The position numbers and the translations under genes were made by a program. Of a stretch of DNA of 64,000 nt, positions 30,253 through 40,758 are shown one piece after another. Source of the DNA: an uncultured delta proteobacterium (GTDB taxonomy: Bacteria > Desulfobacterota > Binatia > UBA9968); contig CAVXEP010000004.1 in the NCBI GenBank assembly GCA_963760795.1, positions 64,001 to 128,000 of the forward strand, read 5' to 3'. Position 1 is the stretch's first letter, and each line of letters opens with the position of its first letter. The notes under the pieces are model-generated. The model was not told where the DNA came from, did not search any database, and saw only the letters and a list, made by a program, of their open reading frames with translations.

Positions 30253-31242
30253 CTAACTGCGTAGGTTCGCGCTTTCCAGCGCCTTTGGATTCACGACATT
30301 GATTGGTTTGCCGGCCGCGTAAGCGACGATCTGGTCGAAGATGTCTGAGAATTGAACTTCGTACTCGTCCCGAGTGACATAGCCAATGTGCGGCGTGCAC
30401 ACGACGTTATCCATCGCGAACAACTGATAACTCGTGTCGTGTACCGGTTCTTCTTCATAGACATCGATGGCGGCCATGCCTGGATGCCCGCTTTTCAGAG
30501 CGGCAATCAATGCGCCGGGCTCGACCAGCGGGGCGCGGCTGGTATTGACCAGCAAGGCCGTCGGTTTCATTCGCGCAAGGTCTTCTGCGCTCACAATGCC
30601 GCGCGTGCCTTCGACCAGGCGCATGTGGAGCGAAATTACGTCGCACCCCGAAAAGAATGACTCCTTACTGGGCGCTACGGCATAGCCGTCGCTTTGCGCC
30701 CGCTTAAGCGAGGCCTCGCGCGCCCACACCAATACGTTCATCCCAAACGCCTTGCCGTAACCCGCGACGGCGCTGCCGATCCTGCCGTAGCCGTAGATTC
30801 CCAGTGTCTTGCCGTGCAGGCTGTTGCCGACGCCAATCTGCCACTTTCCCGCCTTCAGGGCGGATATCTGCTGCGGCAGCTGGCGCATCGCCGCAAGCAC
30901 CAGCGCCCATGTAAGTTCCGCGGCGGCATACGACGGCGTGCCCGGATGCTGGCTCGAGGAAACTATGACGCCGAGCCGCGTGCAAGCCTCGATGTCGATG
31001 TGCGGATAGACGCTGCGCTGACTGATGAGCCTGAGCTTGTCCAGTCGATGCAGCAGCGGCGCGCGAATCTCGGTTCGCTCGCGTATCAGCACCAGCACTT
31101 CGGTATCCCGTAATCGTTCGGCCAGCGCATCGACATCCTGGACGTGATCGTTCCAGATTTTGATTTCGTGGCCTGACAATTTTTTGAAGCAGTCGAGCGT
31201 GCGAAGCGTGTCGTGATAGTCGTCAAGAATGGAGATCTTCAT
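30253..31242 (-). CDS. D-2-hydroxyacid dehydrogenase family protein
   Basis: [34 protein letters not shown]. Confidence 0.92.
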   Translation of the reverse strand: MKISILDDYHDTLRTLDCFKKLSGHEIKIWNDHVQDVDALAERLRDTEVLVLIRERTEIRAPLLHRLDKLRLISQRSVYPHIDIEACTRLGVIVSSSQHPGTPSYAAAELTWALVLAAMRQLPQQISALKAGKWQIGVGNSLHGKTLGIYGYGRIGSAVAGYGKAFGMNVLVWAREASLKRAQSDGYAVAPSKESFFSGCDVISLHMRLVEGTRGIVSAEDLARMKPTALLVNTSRAPLVEPGALIAALKSGHPGMAAIDVYEEEPVHDTSYQLFAMDNVVCTPHIGYVTRDEYEVQFSDIFDQIVAYAAGKPINVVNPKALESANLRS

Positions 31243-31671
31243 AGCTTCTGGTGCTCCCGACGTGCAGGATAATATTAGAAAAAACTAGCCCTTCAAACTT
31301 ATATTTCATGTCCATCTTATAGGAACATGTTGAAGTAAAAGTTTGACCCTAAGGTCGGTCGAAAATGTGCTACGAAGACACGACATTAGCACAGGACCAA
31401 CTACTGGCGGTGCCCGACGGCCCAAGCCGATACGCGGCCACAACTCGGTCGTCGTGTTTGCGTTGCCGTCGTGGTTGCTGAAAAAATAATATCCGAACAT
31501 GCTTCGACGAGCTCAGCATGACCGGAAATTTCTCGTCGATTTAGAATGTTATTGACTGACTCGATGGACAAACTGTCAGACCGTCGCGTTCACAGGAAGA
31601 ATTTCAGCGCCTGACAGCCTTTTGTCCACTTAGGCAAAACCAGTCCCTTACTCCCTCTAGTGAATTCTCGA

Positions 31672-31983
31672 TCACGCTAACCAACACCGCTTTAGGCAAA
31701 CGCCGACTTCGACCTCGCGCACTTCCATCTTGGCGACGTTACCGCCGAGTTTCACTCCGGCGGCGGCCACTGCGGCTTGGAACTCCTTGCCCTTGGCTTC
31801 CATCTCCGCCTTGTCTTTGTAGTTGCGCACCCAGATGAATTCGTTCTGCGGCCGGTTCACCCAGCTACCGACGATGGGCACGCCGATCTTTTGGTGCAGC
31901 GTGATGATGTCATCCTTGAAGTGCTTGAGGAAATTGTCCATCTCGCCTTTGTTGATCGTGTATATGCGAATCTGCGATATCAT
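31672..31983 (-). CDS. NIPSNAP family protein
   Basis: GGAGG RBS; QIRIYTINKGEMDNF, EFIWVR; last codons may be frameshifted (VESAFA-stop if one G is removed). Confidence 0.75.
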   Translation of the reverse strand: MISQIRIYTINKGEMDNFLKHFKDDIITLHQKIGVPIVGSWVNRPQNEFIWVRNYKDKAEMEAKGKEFQAAVAAAGVKLGGNVAKMEVREVEVGVCLKRCWLA

Positions 31984-32330
31984 TTTGCGTTCCTCCAATT
32001 TGTTTAGGTTTTCCACCGCTCGGACGGCACGCCCTGGAACCTACCCGAGTGGATCGCCTTCAGTCAAGATCAATCGGCCCTTTCGTTAGTTAAATCGCTC
32101 TCCAGCTAATCGAGCCGTGAATTATTTACCGCTCTGTAAAAGTGCGTGCCTTGATGATTGGGTTTATTTCTTAGCTTGCTGCTTCAAACACGCTGTTGCA
32201 TCGTTGTGATTCCCCTTTGACAGCCGTCGCCAACTATAATAAGGATCTATTGCTTTCACTTTTGCCAGCCAGCGAGTCGGTGACGCTCGCAAGCCAGCGC
32301 TCAATTCAGGATTACTATTAGAGGTTGATA

Positions 32331-33386
32331 ATGCACATCGGGCTTTTCTCGAATGGTGAGCGACGCAATCAGGTAGCTCGGATCAGCTATGAGGAAGATC
32401 TGCACGAGGTCATCGTCGCCGATGAACTCGGCATCCAGGAAGCTTGGATCAGCGAGCACGGAACTTTCGTCGGTTATCAATCTCCCGATCAGCTTCCCTG
32501 CGCGGATCCTTTTATTTGCCAGGCCGCCGCGCTGACCAAGCAAATCCGCATGGGGCCGGGCATCCGTCCATTACCTTACTTTCACCCGCTTCAGGTAGCC
32601 ACCGACGCCGCCGTATGCGACCATTTGACTAACGGCCGCTACATGGCCGGATTCGGCGTCGGACTTGGCAGCAAGACACCTCAACGGGGACCATTGCCGG
32701 GTGATCAGCGCGCCATGGTTCGCGAAGCCATCGATCTTATTCTCACCGCGTGGACCGCAACGGAGCCTTTCGATTGGCACGGCGAGTTCTGGCAGGGAGA
32801 GAAGTGGCATATTATCCCGCAGCCGTTAACCAAGCCGCACATGGAGGTGGGAATCGCCTGCTCGCGCAGCGAGGGAACGTTGGATTTGACGGCGCGCAAT
32901 GGCTTTATCCCGCTTATAAGTTGGCTGCCGCCGCCCAAGCAGCTCAAAGACATGATTGAGATCTACCAGCGCGCCGGCGAAGAAGCCCGTCGCGACGCGC
33001 CCCGCAGCCGCGTTCGCGTTGCCCGCATGGTTTATGTGACCGAATCGGTAAAAGAGGCGAAACGCGATCTGCGCGATATTGATCTGGGCGCGGCCAAGGT
33101 AACCGGGCGCCTCAATCACTACATCCCGGCTGGGGCAACGCGCGACGATCTGACAATGGAGTACATGATCGATCGCGGCGTTTTTTTCTGCGGCGACGCC
33201 GATACGGTATACGACAGCATCAAAAACTTGTACGACGAAATCGGCGGCTTTGGCGTCTTGTTGCTGCTCGCCGGCAAGGACTGGGGAACGCGCGAACAGC
33301 GTGAGCGTTCGATGCGCCGATTCATGGCTGAAGTGGCGCCGCGCTTGGCAAATCTGAACGCGGATGCTGTGTCCCCTACTGCATGA
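32331..33386 (+). CDS. LLM-class flavin-dependent oxidoreductase
   Basis: AWISEH, LPYFHP..VA, DHLTNGRY..GFG.G, SMRRFMAEVAP. Confidence 0.9.
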   Translation: MHIGLFSNGERRNQVARISYEEDLHEVIVADELGIQEAWISEHGTFVGYQSPDQLPCADPFICQAAALTKQIRMGPGIRPLPYFHPLQVATDAAVCDHLTNGRYMAGFGVGLGSKTPQRGPLPGDQRAMVREAIDLILTAWTATEPFDWHGEFWQGEKWHIIPQPLTKPHMEVGIACSRSEGTLDLTARNGFIPLISWLPPPKQLKDMIEIYQRAGEEARRDAPRSRVRVARMVYVTESVKEAKRDLRDIDLGAAKVTGRLNHYIPAGATRDDLTMEYMIDRGVFFCGDADTVYDSIKNLYDEIGGFGVLLLLAGKDWGTREQRERSMRRFMAEVAPRLANLNADAVSPTA

Positions 33387-33568
33387 ATATATGCGGCGTG
33401 TGGACGGCAGCGGTGCAACGGGCACGCCCCGAATACGGTCAAGTTCCAACTCCGCCTGATCCGCTGACTCGGTGAGAAACGCACAAGGACAAACGGACGG
33501 GCCCGCCAAGAGCGATCGTGCAGGACGGCGTGCCCGAGCAAGACCCGCAAGGATGAAGGGAGGCGACG

Positions 33569-34075
33569 ATGGACGACCTATTCGATTACATATCCGTCAA
33601 CACGTACTGGACGATCTTGCTGATCATCCATGGACTGTTGGCGGTCGCTCTGCTCGGCGCGCTCACCCATCAGGCGATGTCGGTGCTCATACCGGTGCGC
33701 CACGCGGCGGCAAGCGCCGGTTTCGTCACCCGCTTCCGCGCCGTACCGGGCGCGGGCTACGCCGCCGCGGTCTGCGTGCTATGGATCGTGACTTTCATCT
33801 TCGGCGCATGGATCTACACCAAGTACCGCATCTACGTCCGCGTTCCGATCGAGCAGGAAGGCTTCTGGAAGACACAGGGCTTCTTCGAGATGAAGGAACA
33901 CCTCGCCACCATCGGGCTCGGACTGCTGCCGATCTATTGGTACCTCTGGAAGAATTCCCAGCACGCGGACTACGACAGCGCGCGTAAATGGGTGACCATG
34001 TATCTCGCCGGGGGGTGCTGGTTTAATTTCCTGGTCGGTCATATCGTCAACAACGTCAGGGGATTTGGCTCATGA
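33569..34075 (+). CDS. Hypothetical 4-TM membrane protein, His-rich
   Basis: GGAGG RBS; IIHG...LTHQ, MKEH, VGH in or next to hydrophobic helices. Confidence 0.75.
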   Translation: MDDLFDYISVNTYWTILLIIHGLLAVALLGALTHQAMSVLIPVRHAAASAGFVTRFRAVPGAGYAAAVCVLWIVTFIFGAWIYTKYRIYVRVPIEQEGFWKTQGFFEMKEHLATIGLGLLPIYWYLWKNSQHADYDSARKWVTMYLAGGCWFNFLVGHIVNNVRGFGS

Positions 34076-34464
34076 GCAAACCAAGCAACACCGCGCCAGA
34101 CGGCAGCGCGTCTAAATCTCTGGCTTCGTCCCCGGCGTTCAAGACCTTCGCCACCGTGTTCGGCTTCACCGCAGCAGCGCTCTACGTGGCCTGTGACATG
34201 ATGGGCTGGCCGCTGTTCTCCTATCATCCCGCAACCGACCGGGTGGAGCTGTTTTATGCGCGGCCGCGCCAGGGCGAAGGCCCGGTCATGTACTGGTACG
34301 GCTGGACGGCTACGTCGATGCTCGGCGCCGCTGCGCTCGGCCTGCTCGCTACACTCCTGCCGCAACAGGTCGCCCGAAAAATCCCGCTGGCCCTCGTCTG
34401 GATCGTCCCAGTGCTGGCGATTCCGCTGCTGTTCTATTCACTGATGCCGTTCTGGACGAAGTAG
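34072..34464 (+). CDS. Hypothetical membrane protein
   Basis: ATGA start/stop overlap with the upstream gene; about 3 TM; WPLFSYHP and GPVMYWYGW. Confidence 0.75.
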   Translation: MSKPSNTAPDGSASKSLASSPAFKTFATVFGFTAAALYVACDMMGWPLFSYHPATDRVELFYARPRQGEGPVMYWYGWTATSMLGAAALGLLATLLPQQVARKIPLALVWIVPVLAIPLLFYSLMPFWTK

Positions 34465-34804
34465 CTGCAACAGATGATTGATGGGCGGTCGGACTTTTCC
34501 CAATGTCGCCCGCTTGTTCCGCCGCAACGCCGGCACTATTTTCTGAAAATATTGATTTTTTCTACGTAGCTGCCTAGCGCCCGACCTATTTCCGCAGTCC
34601 TGACATCCCGTGCGAATGCGAAGCATCTAAAAAAGGACTTCTCTCTGCGTTCGCAATGACATCGCCTTCCCCTTGTGCCTGCGCGGGAGATATTCGATTT
34701 CCCTTTTGCGCCCTTTGCATTCTATGCGGCCATTCTTCTTTCCGGTTGCAGTTCTTCCGCGCTAAGCTCTCTGCGGTTAATACTCCGATTCCGAATTCAT
34801 ACGG

Positions 34805-34833
34805 TTGACGCCTTCAACCATTTTGCCTAAATT
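34805..34833 (+). promoter_or_regulatory. Sigma70-like promoter, near-leaderless transcript
   Basis: TTGACG-N17-TAAATT ending 9 nt before ATG 34843, no RBS. Confidence 0.55.
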
Positions 34834-34842
34834 GTGGCCTCG

Positions 34843-35422
34843 ATGAAAATTGCTTTGGATATCGACGGTGTGCTGGCGGATTTCGTCACACCGTTTTTGC
34901 AACTGCTCGAACAGCGCGTCGGCGGCCCGTCCATCGACCCGGCGTCGATCACCGATCCCAACTTTCAACATCATCCGTTTCTGACCAAGGAACTTATTTA
35001 CGACTGCATGGTCGACACGTCCTACGATGCCGAGTTTTGGCGCTTGCTCTCGCCGCTGCCGTCGCAGCAGCAATGGCAAGCGCTCAACCAGGTGAGCCGC
35101 GACAACGAAGTGGTCTTCATCACTCACCGTTGGGTGCGCGACACCTACGACATCAACCACGTCACTTGCGACTGGCTGCGCCGCCATGGCATCGACAATC
35201 CCGGTGGTCCATTTCACCCAAGAAGTAAAATCACAGCTGGTGCGGAAACTAGCGGTCGAGCTGTTCGTCGACGACCGCCACGAAAACTGCGAAGACGTGG
35301 CGACGCAAACCGAGGCCGTGGTCATGATGCCGCACCGGCCATACAACCGAGCATTCACCCATCCGAAAGTGCAGCGCATCCAGGATTTAAGCGAACTGTT
35401 CGGCTATCTTTCAAACAAGTGA
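34843..35422 (+). CDS. HAD-superfamily NT5C-like nucleotidase, +1 frameshift near 35200
   Basis: ALDIDGVLADF, FITHR, K...LFVDD, PYN. Confidence 0.8.
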
Positions 35423-35446
35423 GATTGCAGCGACGGAGGAGATCTC

Positions 35447-36196
35447 ATGGGAAGCATCGATAATAAAGTAGCCATCGTCACCGGCGGTGGCGGCGGTATC
35501 GGCGGCGCCATCGTCCACCGCTTCGCCCGCGAAGGCGCCAAGCTCGCGGTCGCCGATATAAACCCGCAGGCGGCCCAAGCGCGCGTCAAAGAGGTCGCCG
35601 ACCGCGGCACCGACGCCATCGCCATCACCAGCGACGTGACCAACAAGAAATCGGTGCAGGACATGGTCACGGCGACCGTCGACCGCTGGGGCAAGATCGA
35701 CATCCTGGTCAACGTCGCCGGCGGCGCCCAGCGCAAAAACGTCGTCGACATCACGGCTGAAGACTGGGACCATGTCGTCAACATGAATTTGAAATCGGTA
35801 TTTCTCTGCTCCCAGGCGGTGCTGCCGACCATGCTCAAAGCCAAGTACGGCAAGATCGTCAGCATCTCGTCGATTTATGGATTCGCCGGCAATGCCACCA
35901 GGTCGAGTTACGCCGCCGCCAAAGCCGGCGTCGCGGTATTCACCAAATCTCTCGCCCTCGAACATGTCAAAGACGGCATCAACATCAACGCCATCGCGCC
36001 GGGCAGGATCGAAACTCCGGCGGTGCGCGGCCACTACTCCGACGAAGCCTGGGCCGCCGCCGAAGCGCAGATCCCCATGGGCCACACCGGCAAACCGGAA
36101 AACATCGCCAGCGCCGCAATCTTTTTGGTCCAGGACGAAAACAACTACATCACCGGGCAAACGATCCATGTCAATGGCGCCTGGCTGAACTGGTAG
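35447..36196 (+). CDS. Short-chain dehydrogenase/reductase (FabG-like)
   Basis: TGGGGGIG, NVAG, YAAAK, YITGQ. Confidence 0.92.
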   Translation: MGSIDNKVAIVTGGGGGIGGAIVHRFAREGAKLAVADINPQAAQARVKEVADRGTDAIAITSDVTNKKSVQDMVTATVDRWGKIDILVNVAGGAQRKNVVDITAEDWDHVVNMNLKSVFLCSQAVLPTMLKAKYGKIVSISSIYGFAGNATRSSYAAAKAGVAVFTKSLALEHVKDGININAIAPGRIETPAVRGHYSDEAWAAAEAQIPMGHTGKPENIASAAIFLVQDENNYITGQTIHVNGAWLNW

Positions 36197-36208
36197 AAAA
36201 GAAACAGC

Positions 36209-36303
36209 CGTTCAAAGTTCAACGGTTCAAGGTTCAATCACGTGCTCGGAACAGTCCGGGGAAGTCTCTGACCTTGAACGTTTGAACCTTTGAACCTTGA
36301 ACA
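36209..36303. repeat. GTTCAA/TTGAAC inverted tandem arrays
   Basis: GTTCAAAGTTCAACGGTTCAAGGTTCAA ... TTGAACGTTTGAACCTTTGAACCTTGAAC. Confidence 0.75.
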
Positions 36304-36327
36304 CCGACGACGAAGGAGGAGTAAATC

Positions 36328-37053
36328 ATGTACGGATGGAGAGTAAGAATCGGACATGTCGCGCCATCGCGCGGCGACACGTTGGTCTATGAGTTTTATC
36401 AGATGTTGCCGGCGGGCTTCATGATGCTCAACAGCACCGGCACGATCCGCCAGTTGGTCGATGCCGACCTGGAAAGACAGCTGCAGAGCATCGAAGCAGC
36501 GGCGGCTGATCTGGTCGACAACAAGTGCGACTCGGTGATCATCGGCGGTTCGCCGTTGTTTACCAAGCTCGGTTACGGCAGCGATATCGAGATGGGCAAG
36601 CGGCTGAGCGACAAGTACGGCGTGCCGGTGTCACCCGGCATCACCGGCGAAATCGAGGCGTTGAAATCCCTCGGCCTCAACAAGCTCGTCGTCGCCACGC
36701 CCCACGAGGACACGCTCAACGAGCGCATGAAGGCGTTTCTCGAAGCCTCAGGCTTCAAAGTCTTGAAGATCCAAGGCTACGGCGTGCGCAAGAACGCGGA
36801 CATTACCGACATGGACGAGCACGCCGCCTACAAGATCGCCAAGCGGCTCTACGAGTCGGCGCCGGAAGCCGACGGCGTCTTCGTCCCCTGCCCGCGCTGG
36901 CCGACCATCACCGATGTCGACCTGCTAGAGCGCGAAATCGGCAAACCGGTGATCACCAGCTCCCAGGCTTATATCTGGCACGCCTTGAAGATGGCGAGGG
37001 TAAAGCAAGAAGTCAGCGGCTACGGCAGGCTGATGGCGTCGCTGGCGAACTGA
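36328..37053 (+). CDS. Asp/Glu racemase superfamily protein (maleate isomerase / arylmalonate decarboxylase-like)
   Basis: RIG...PS, ALKSLG..KL.VATP, ADGVFVPC, LE.EIGKPVITS.QA..W. Confidence 0.85.
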   Translation: MYGWRVRIGHVAPSRGDTLVYEFYQMLPAGFMMLNSTGTIRQLVDADLERQLQSIEAAAADLVDNKCDSVIIGGSPLFTKLGYGSDIEMGKRLSDKYGVPVSPGITGEIEALKSLGLNKLVVATPHEDTLNERMKAFLEASGFKVLKIQGYGVRKNADITDMDEHAAYKIAKRLYESAPEADGVFVPCPRWPTITDVDLLEREIGKPVITSSQAYIWHALKMARVKQEVSGYGRLMASLAN

Positions 37054-37076
37054 TTGCCGATTGAACCGAAGCAAAC

Positions 37077-37111
37077 ACAAAGGGCGAGTGAATGATTCAC
37101 TCGCCCTTTGT
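37077..37111. terminator. Perfect palindrome between convergent genes
   Basis: ACAAAGGGCGAGTGAAT-G-ATTCACTCGCCCTTTGT (17-bp arms). Confidence 0.7.
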
Positions 37112-37140
37112 TTCGCAATAACTTTGATCTGGCTGAGCTG

Positions 37141-37866
37141 CTATCTCTTCTGGCTGCCGAACACTTCCTTCAATAAATCCGTCACCCGCGCCGCCGGATT
37201 GGTTCTGATCTTCTTTTCTTCCTGGGCGACCACGAAGAAGATGCCGTCGGTGGTCTTCTCGGTGACATATTGGTTCACGTCGAAGGCGATATTCTTGGAG
37301 AACGGCACGTCTTTATACTTGCCGACCAGGGCATTGTACTGCTGGTTGACACCGACCTGATTCATCACGTCGGTGACCGACGGCTTGAACGCCGTCTGCA
37401 GCTTTTTCGAAGTCTTCCCTTTGAAATAATCCGTCGCCGCCGTGTCGCTGCCGTCCAAGATCTTGCGCGCATCGTCGAAGCTCATCTCGCCGATGGCGCC
37501 CCAAAAAATATCTTTCGCGAAGGGCACAGCCTTTTCCGCCGCCCGGTTCATGCCGACGATGAACTCGTCGATCTGCGGCCCGTAGCCGACCAGACGCAGC
37601 GGTTGCTCCATGGTCTGCAACTGTTTGGGCATGAGAATCTTGATCGCTTTATTCATTAGAAAGCCGTCGACGGAACCCGTCTGTTGCACTGCGTTCTCAG
37701 TGCCGACCTTGAGCGCCTCCTGCAGACCGGAGCCGACCTTGGCGTCGCTCAAACCGCCGACGCTGGGCAGCTTACCGCCAAAATCCTTCAAAAGTTTATC
37801 GAACTGCGCCGCCGCCGGATGCGCCGCCAATAAGAAAAACAGGACCGTCAGCCACCCTTTGATCAT
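37141..37866 (-). CDS. DUF4197-like exported protein
   Basis: Signal peptide; [45 protein letters not shown]. Confidence 0.85.
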   Translation of the reverse strand: MIKGWLTVLFFLLAAHPAAAQFDKLLKDFGGKLPSVGGLSDAKVGSGLQEALKVGTENAVQQTGSVDGFLMNKAIKILMPKQLQTMEQPLRLVGYGPQIDEFIVGMNRAAEKAVPFAKDIFWGAIGEMSFDDARKILDGSDTAATDYFKGKTSKKLQTAFKPSVTDVMNQVGVNQQYNALVGKYKDVPFSKNIAFDVNQYVTEKTTDGIFFVVAQEEKKIRTNPAARVTDLLKEVFGSQKR

Positions 37867-37916
37867 TTCCGTCTCCTGCGACGCTGTTCGGAAACCGAAT
37901 CGGTTGGACCACGGCG

Positions 37917-38318
37917 CTACAAAAGCTCCTTCGAGCGGCGCGGCGAATCGAGAATATCGCCCAGCTTAAAATCGTTGATCGCCGCGGCGAAACCGGCGTC
38001 GATAATCAAATTGATAATCTCCTCTTGAGCGTCCCGCGGCGACAAGCGAAACGCCGTGCGCAACGGCGGGATCGCCTTGCGCCATTTGCTCTGGCTCAGA
38101 TAGGCGCGGCCAAGGTAGAAAAAAGCCTGTCCGTCCCTTGGATTGTCATGGGTCGCATCCTCAAGATAGGGAATTGCCTCGGCGAAGCGGCCCTGCTGAA
38201 AAAGTGTCAAACCGGTGTCAAAAACGTCGCGCCGCGAACCCCAGCGGTCCATGGACGAACAAGACGTGAGGAATACCAAACCTAAGGCGATGCCCACCAT
38301 GGCGAGACGATTGCTCAT
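37917..38318 (-). CDS. TPR-repeat lipoprotein
   Basis: LTSC lipobox; G..LFQQGRFAEA and AFFYLGRAY TPR units. Confidence 0.8.
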   Translation of the reverse strand: MSNRLAMVGIALGLVFLTSCSSMDRWGSRRDVFDTGLTLFQQGRFAEAIPYLEDATHDNPRDGQAFFYLGRAYLSQSKWRKAIPPLRTAFRLSPRDAQEEIINLIIDAGFAAAINDFKLGDILDSPRRSKELL

Positions 38319-38348
38319 TGGACGCACCCTCCTATTGGCATTAGACGC

Positions 38349-38393
38349 AAAAAAGCCCCAAATCTTAGCGGACCAGCCAAAATTGGGGCTTTT
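38349..38393. terminator. Terminator-like hairpin after grxD
   Basis: AAAAAGCCCCAA...TTGGGGCTTTTT with a long loop. Confidence 0.55.
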
Positions 38394-38395
38394 TC

Positions 38396-38719
38396 TTACT
38401 TCGCAAAAGCGGCTTTGAGCAGCGGCTCGAGCTCGCCGCGCTCGTGCAGCTCGTGCAGGATATCGCAGCCGCCGACGAACTTGCCGTCGATATAGACCTG
38501 CGGAATGGTCGGCCAGTTCGAGTAGCGCTTGACGCCATCGCGCACCGCCGGGTCGGCGAGCACGTCATCGCTGGCGAATGGCAAGCCATAGGACTTGAGA
38601 ATCTCCACAGTGTGGGCCGAGAAGCCGCACTGAGGGAAATCCGGCGTGCCCTTCATGTAAACCATGACTTTGTTGTTCTTAACTTTCTCGTCAATCTTGC
38701 TGATCGCATCTTCTGCCAT
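38396..38719 (-). CDS. grxD: Monothiol glutaredoxin Grx4
   Basis: MKGTP.FPQCGFS, WPTIPQ, GGCD. Confidence 0.95.
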   Translation of the reverse strand: MAEDAISKIDEKVKNNKVMVYMKGTPDFPQCGFSAHTVEILKSYGLPFASDDVLADPAVRDGVKRYSNWPTIPQVYIDGKFVGGCDILHELHERGELEPLLKAAFAK

Positions 38720-38747
38720 AAAAAAACTCTCCTTATAACGTTTGGAA

Positions 38748-39002
38748 TTACGTTCCCAGCTTTTCCCACTGGGCCGGACTATAGGTCTTGAGGGACAGCG
38801 CGTGAATGCGCTGATCGGCCAATGGCTCCTTGAGCACCTCGTTGACCATGCGGTGTTGTTCGAGCAACCCTTTGCCGTCAAAGGCCTCCGATACGATAAT
38901 GACTTGCCAATGATCGCCGCCGCCGGTCAAATCCTGTGTTTCGACCAGCGACACCGGCAGTCCTTTGGACAAAGTGTCTTTGATTTCGTCAGGACTAATC
39001 AT
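38748..39002 (-). CDS. bolA: BolA family protein
   Basis: GGGDH...IVSEAFDGK..LEQHRMV, IHALSL. Confidence 0.92.
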   Translation of the reverse strand: MISPDEIKDTLSKGLPVSLVETQDLTGGGDHWQVIIVSEAFDGKGLLEQHRMVNEVLKEPLADQRIHALSLKTYSPAQWEKLGT

Positions 39003-39071
39003 GGAGAAATCTTACCGGCAACCAAGCCCGCTTGCAACCGTCGGGTAGCCGTTCAGTTTCACCAGAAAACC

Positions 39072-39131
39072 GTAGGGGCGATCCTGTGTGGTCGCCCGTC
39101 CGAGAGGGCAGACACACAGGTCTGCCCCTAC
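39072..39131. repeat. GTAG-family REP inverted pair
   Basis: GTAGGGGCGATCCTGTGTGGTCGCCC ... GGGCAGACACACAGGTCTGCCCCTAC. Confidence 0.8.
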
Positions 39132-39192
39132 GTTGATGCGTCGTAGAACCAAATTGAAGATTTCCAACCGGTGCAGCCGCCCACGACAATTC

Positions 39193-39696
39193 CTAACCCA
39201 CCGGGCCTTCGTAGTCCGGCCGGACTTTGCGCAGCATGGCGCGCAGATCGGCGCGCAGTTCGTCGAGAGTCGGCCGGCCGACAAACCAGTAGCCGTTGTA
39301 AAGATTGTGGATCGTCAGGTCCGGCATCAGCGCGAACGTATGCGGCATGGCCGTCACCCCCTTGCTTTTGGAGGTCTCGGTCATGTCGAGCAGCTTGACG
39401 ACCTTGCGCTCTTGATCGCTCAGAAATGGATACTGCGCGCCCAAGCCGGTGCGAAAGGCATCGTTGATTTCCGGCGAATCGACACAGCAGACCGCGAGAT
39501 GGCAATAGTTTACCGCCAGCTCCCTTTGCAATTCTACGTATTGGCGCAACTGCACCTGGCACTTGCCTCACCAGTAGCCGCGGTAAAAAGCCAGGATGAA
39601 GGGAAACTTGCCGACCAGCTCGGACAATTTCACGGACTGTCCGTCGTGGTCGGGTAACTCGATGTCGGGAAACTTCTGACCGATCTTGAGATTCAT
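39193..39696 (-). CDS. Selenoprotein: peroxiredoxin-like redoxin (AhpC/TSA) with UxxC (Sec43)
   Basis: AGGAGG RBS, ATG 39696; IGQKFPDIELPDHDG..VKLSEL...LAFYRGYW-U-GKC; TGA 39570-39568 in frame; YPFLSD downstream. Confidence 0.88.
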
Positions 39697-39741
39697 ACTA
39701 CCTCCTTTGGTTTAGGCACGGCATGCGAGTTGGCGTCGACG

Positions 39742-40758
39742 CTACTGATATCGTTTGGCCATCTCAGTAAAGAAGCCTTCTTTTTCCAATTGCTGCAGCA
39801 AGCTTACATCGACGAACTGTTCCGGCTTGGCGGTTTTGGCCTGAGCCACCTTTGGCGCCAACTCGTCGAGCAGATACTGAATGCCTTTCAACGTCGGATA
39901 GGGCCGCTTGGCGACACTCTTGGCGAACCAGTCATAGGTCGCGTCCAACACTTCCTGATCGTTGGTGCGCATGTACTTGGCGGCGATGCGCTTGGACTCG
40001 TCCTTATTCTTACCGATAAAATAAATCGCCTCGACATAGGAGCGCAGCGCGCTCAGAACGGTGTCGCGCTGGCTGCGGATGAAGCCGCGCGAAGTCGCGA
40101 AGCCATTGCCCTGCACTTCGATGCCGAGTTCGAGCATGTCGTAAACTTCGATCAAACCCTGCTTTCTCGCCCGCGGGGTCTCGGACGGCGTGAGAATCGT
40201 CGCTTCGATCCGCCCAGCTTCCACCGCGGCGAGCCGCTCCATGGTCGGGCCGGCAACGACCAGCGCGACATCTTTGCCGGCTTCGAGATTGAACTTTTTC
40301 AGCAAGATCAGGGCGGCGTTATGGGAGGCCGAGCCAAAGCCGCTGACACCCAATCGTTTACCCTTCAGTTGTTCGACCCGCGTAATCGCCGGCTTGGCGA
40401 CGACAGAATAATTATAAGCCGATTCGGACGAAGCGATCAAAACAATATCGTGACCCTGCAGGCCGGCCGGCACCACGGTGCCGATATTGACGATCGGCGG
40501 ATCGCCGGCGACCAGCGCCTGCGTCGCCATTTGGCCGCCGCGAAAGAATATCACTTCGGCATCGAGTCCGTGGCGCCGATAGATGCCGGCATCCTTGGCG
40601 ATCCAAATGTGAATCTGATTGTAAGAGATCGCCGGATAGCCGATCTTGATCTTCTTCAGTTCTTGACCGTCGACCTTGGCGCCGACAAACAATTGTAAGA
40701 TCAATAGGGCAACAAAAAAATGAGTCTTCACAGGCAGGCCACTCGTTTCTGGAATCAA
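39742..40758 (-). CDS. ABC substrate-binding protein, NitT/TauT (SsuA/THI5-like)
   Basis: WIAKDAGIY..HGLD, LKGKRLGVS..GS, FVD.SLL..LEKEGF; start uncertain (GTG 40731 possible). Confidence 0.88.
   Translation of the reverse strand: MIPETSGLPVKTHFFVALLILQLFVGAKVDGQELKKIKIGYPAISYNQIHIWIAKDAGIYRRHGLDAEVIFFRGGQMATQALVAGDPPIVNIGTVVPAGLQGHDIVLIASSESAYNYSVVAKPAITRVEQLKGKRLGVSGFGSASHNAALILLKKFNLEAGKDVALVVAGPTMERLAAVEAGRIEATILTPSETPRARKQGLIEVYDMLELGIEVQGNGFATSRGFIRSQRDTVLSALRSYVEAIYFIGKNKDESKRIAAKYMRTNDQEVLDATYDWFAKSVAKRPYPTLKGIQYLLDELAPKVAQAKTAKPEQFVDVSLLQQLEKEGFFTEMAKRYQ

Noticed and set aside
32217-32240. Perfect TTGACA and TATAAT upstream of the LLM gene
   Set aside because: Spacer is only 12 nt, so they cannot form one sigma70 promoter
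33421-33534. GGGCACGCC...GGCGTGCCC inverted repeat upstream of the membrane pair as a riboswitch
   Set aside because: Only a 9-bp GC-rich match with no recognisable aptamer consensus
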